A stretch of DNA of 64,000 nt, from assembly GCA_052327205.1 (NCBI GenBank), contig CM126228.1, positions 31,248,001 through 31,312,000 of the forward strand, written 5' to 3'. The translations under genes and the position numbers were made by a program. This DNA comes from Somniosus microcephalus. Its lineage: Eukaryota. The notes under the pieces are model-generated. The model had not been told where the DNA came from. It did not search any database and was given only the letters and a program-made list of their open reading frames with translations. Position 1 is the stretch's first letter. Every line of letters begins with the position of its first letter. This document shows positions 61,931-64,000 of the stretch, piece after piece.

Positions 61931-63560
61931 TTCACTCTTAAATCATAACTATTCAAAATTGCTCACTCCACACAGCTACATTAACTCCTTATCAGTTATT
62001 TCTAACACTTACATGCCAAATGCTATTGTTACTGAATGATGAAGCACGTGTGATTACATTGCATGCTGGGTTCTAGGATAATGCTGAACTGAGCAAGCTC
62101 AAAATGAGGCATTGGACTAAAGAGCCACTGATCTACTAGTTGACTAAATAAAACACAGTAGCTACATTTCACTCTTGTTTAACACACTCTTGGTTATCGA
62201 AGTTATCCCGTGGAAATGTTAGTATATAAATGTTTAACGCATTTGTACAAAATTACTTTGCCACTTTAGCGGAGACGTTAACCCATTTATTTCTAGGCCT
62301 CGATGGGCCAATGGTATGTTAGACCTCAGTGTCTCCTGAACACTGAGAAACTTTAGTGTGCTATAGACACATCTTCCCGAAGTGTAGATACAATTCAAGG
62401 AGCTGGCTTCTGTAGGCTAATGTCGGGGGGACTAAAAGTCAGCTTATGAAACAAGCTTTATAACACATTGAAACCACACCAACTAAATAGTCTAGGTGCT
62501 CACTGACTGCTAAGAGGAACAAGTGAGTAAACAAAGTCTCCATTACAGCTGATTGGAGGGTCAAAGGTGAAGCTTGCCCTTATTGAAATACAATGACAGC
62601 GTTAACCTACTGTCCCTATTCTGTTTGCCTGTTGACTTTGCTTTCCCTTTTAGACATGCTAAGGAGATATAGAGACAGTTTAAGGCTGCATTAACTTTTG
62701 ACACTCTCTGCACCTAAAGTTGAAACCCACACCCAACTTCCATGTATACAAAGGGCTCCATGTTTTGACCTTGCTACGATGTTTGAGAATTGTAACCAAT
62801 ATTTGTATTACTTGAGGGATTTTAAATCCATAGAAGCATGAAAAAGCAATGATTCATGAATGATTAAAAACAATTGAACTGAGGTACCGATCGGGGCAAA
62901 ATAAATTTTTTGATCCATATCTGTATTGGTCGTAAAGAAAGAAAACTGCATAGTCTTAATCTGAAGAGCTACTTTAAAAACCAAAACAGGAGGAGAGGAA
63001 GTGTGTGCATGCTTCTTGTTTCTTAACCCTTTGTGTGCTGACAGGCCCAGGGAATTCCGACTTCATTTCCGACCTGTCATTTTGAAACAGTTTTCAGCTC
63101 ACATACTGTGATACAGTACTGCAAAAAACCCTAATATTACAGTAATAATATTCAAAGGTGAAGTCAAATTTAGCTACAGCTAAAATAAATGCTTAAAACT
63201 TTTTAATGAAAGTAAACTTTTTAAAATGTATTGAAGTGTATGCTGCTCACTCTGTTTTCCCTTTTGCCACTATTTCTTCTTCAGCCTCCCTCTCTTTTTA
63301 ACTTGACTTTTACTTTATTTATAAATGATATACGTATTCCAACACTTTTGCAGCATTTTTTTCTAAGTTTTAGTTTAAATCTAAAACTTTGCCGACTTGT
63401 TTTCCTCTTTAGTCCCACCGTTCATGTTGGCGATGGAGTCCATATTGACGCATATTGGCTTCAAAACTGACTTCAAAGATTATTTAGTCAGCTATTCATG
63501 TTCCACTAGCCTACAAGATTTACATGGTCACCATTAGACCAACCTTTTCGTCCATAATGT

Positions 63561-63992
63561 GTCAGCCATGGCTTAATTGGTAGCACTCCCACCTCTGGGT
63601 CAGAAGGTTATGGGTTCAAGCTCCACTCCTGAAACCTGAGCACATAATCTAGGCTGACAATCCAGTGCAGTGCTGAAGGAGTGCTGCACTGTCAGAGGTG
63701 CTGACTTTTGGATGAGATGTTAAACCGAGGCCCTGTCTTCCCGCTTAATTGTACATAAAAGATCCCATGGCACTTTTCGAAGAGGCGCAGGGGAGTTCTC
63801 CCAATATTTATCCCTTAACCAACATCACTAAAACAAATTATCTTACTGCTGTCTGTGGGAGCTTGCTGTGTGCAAATTGGCTGCCGTGTTTCCTACATTG
63901 CAACAGTGACTACACTCCAAAAAGTACTTCATTGGCTGTAAAGTGCTTTGGGATGGCATGAAAGGCGCTATATAAATGCAAATTCTCTCTGT
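63561..63992 (+). mobile_element. Full-length SacSINE1/DeuSINE-type SINE
   Basis: A-box-like tggcttaattgg, B-box gggttcaagctcc, Deu domain, tail ggcgctatataaatgcaa. Confidence 0.92.
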
Positions 63993-64000
63993 CTTTATAA

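Overview
This is vertebrate genomic DNA, most likely a cartilaginous fish (shark), judged from SacSINE1/DeuSINE-type SINEs and shark-like CR1, L2, RTE and Penelope repeats recalled from memory. I recognise no host protein-coding gene. Bases 1-31.5 kb are repeat-poor non-coding DNA with several blocks that look like conserved enhancers and one 245-N gap. Bases 31.5-64 kb are densely packed with nested transposons. The main element is a near-intact PIF/Harbinger transposon at 46214-50774 (15-bp TIRs, ATT TSD) with an open 378-aa DDE transposase and a 3-exon Myb/SANT gene broken by one missing G. Its non-autonomous relatives and a second, decayed Harbinger (about 58.3-62.3 kb) are also present. 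A 6.1-kb head-to-head Penelope insertion (34092-40216, 14-bp TSD) carries minimal hammerhead ribozyme motifs and a Harbinger-type element in each arm; one of these is a composite holding a divergent SINE pair around a Myb-domain relic plus a 1.2-kb foldback. In two short Penelope insertions, the 5' end of one arm maps to the predicted hammerhead cleavage site. All calls were made by eye, and family names need a Dfam/Repbase check.
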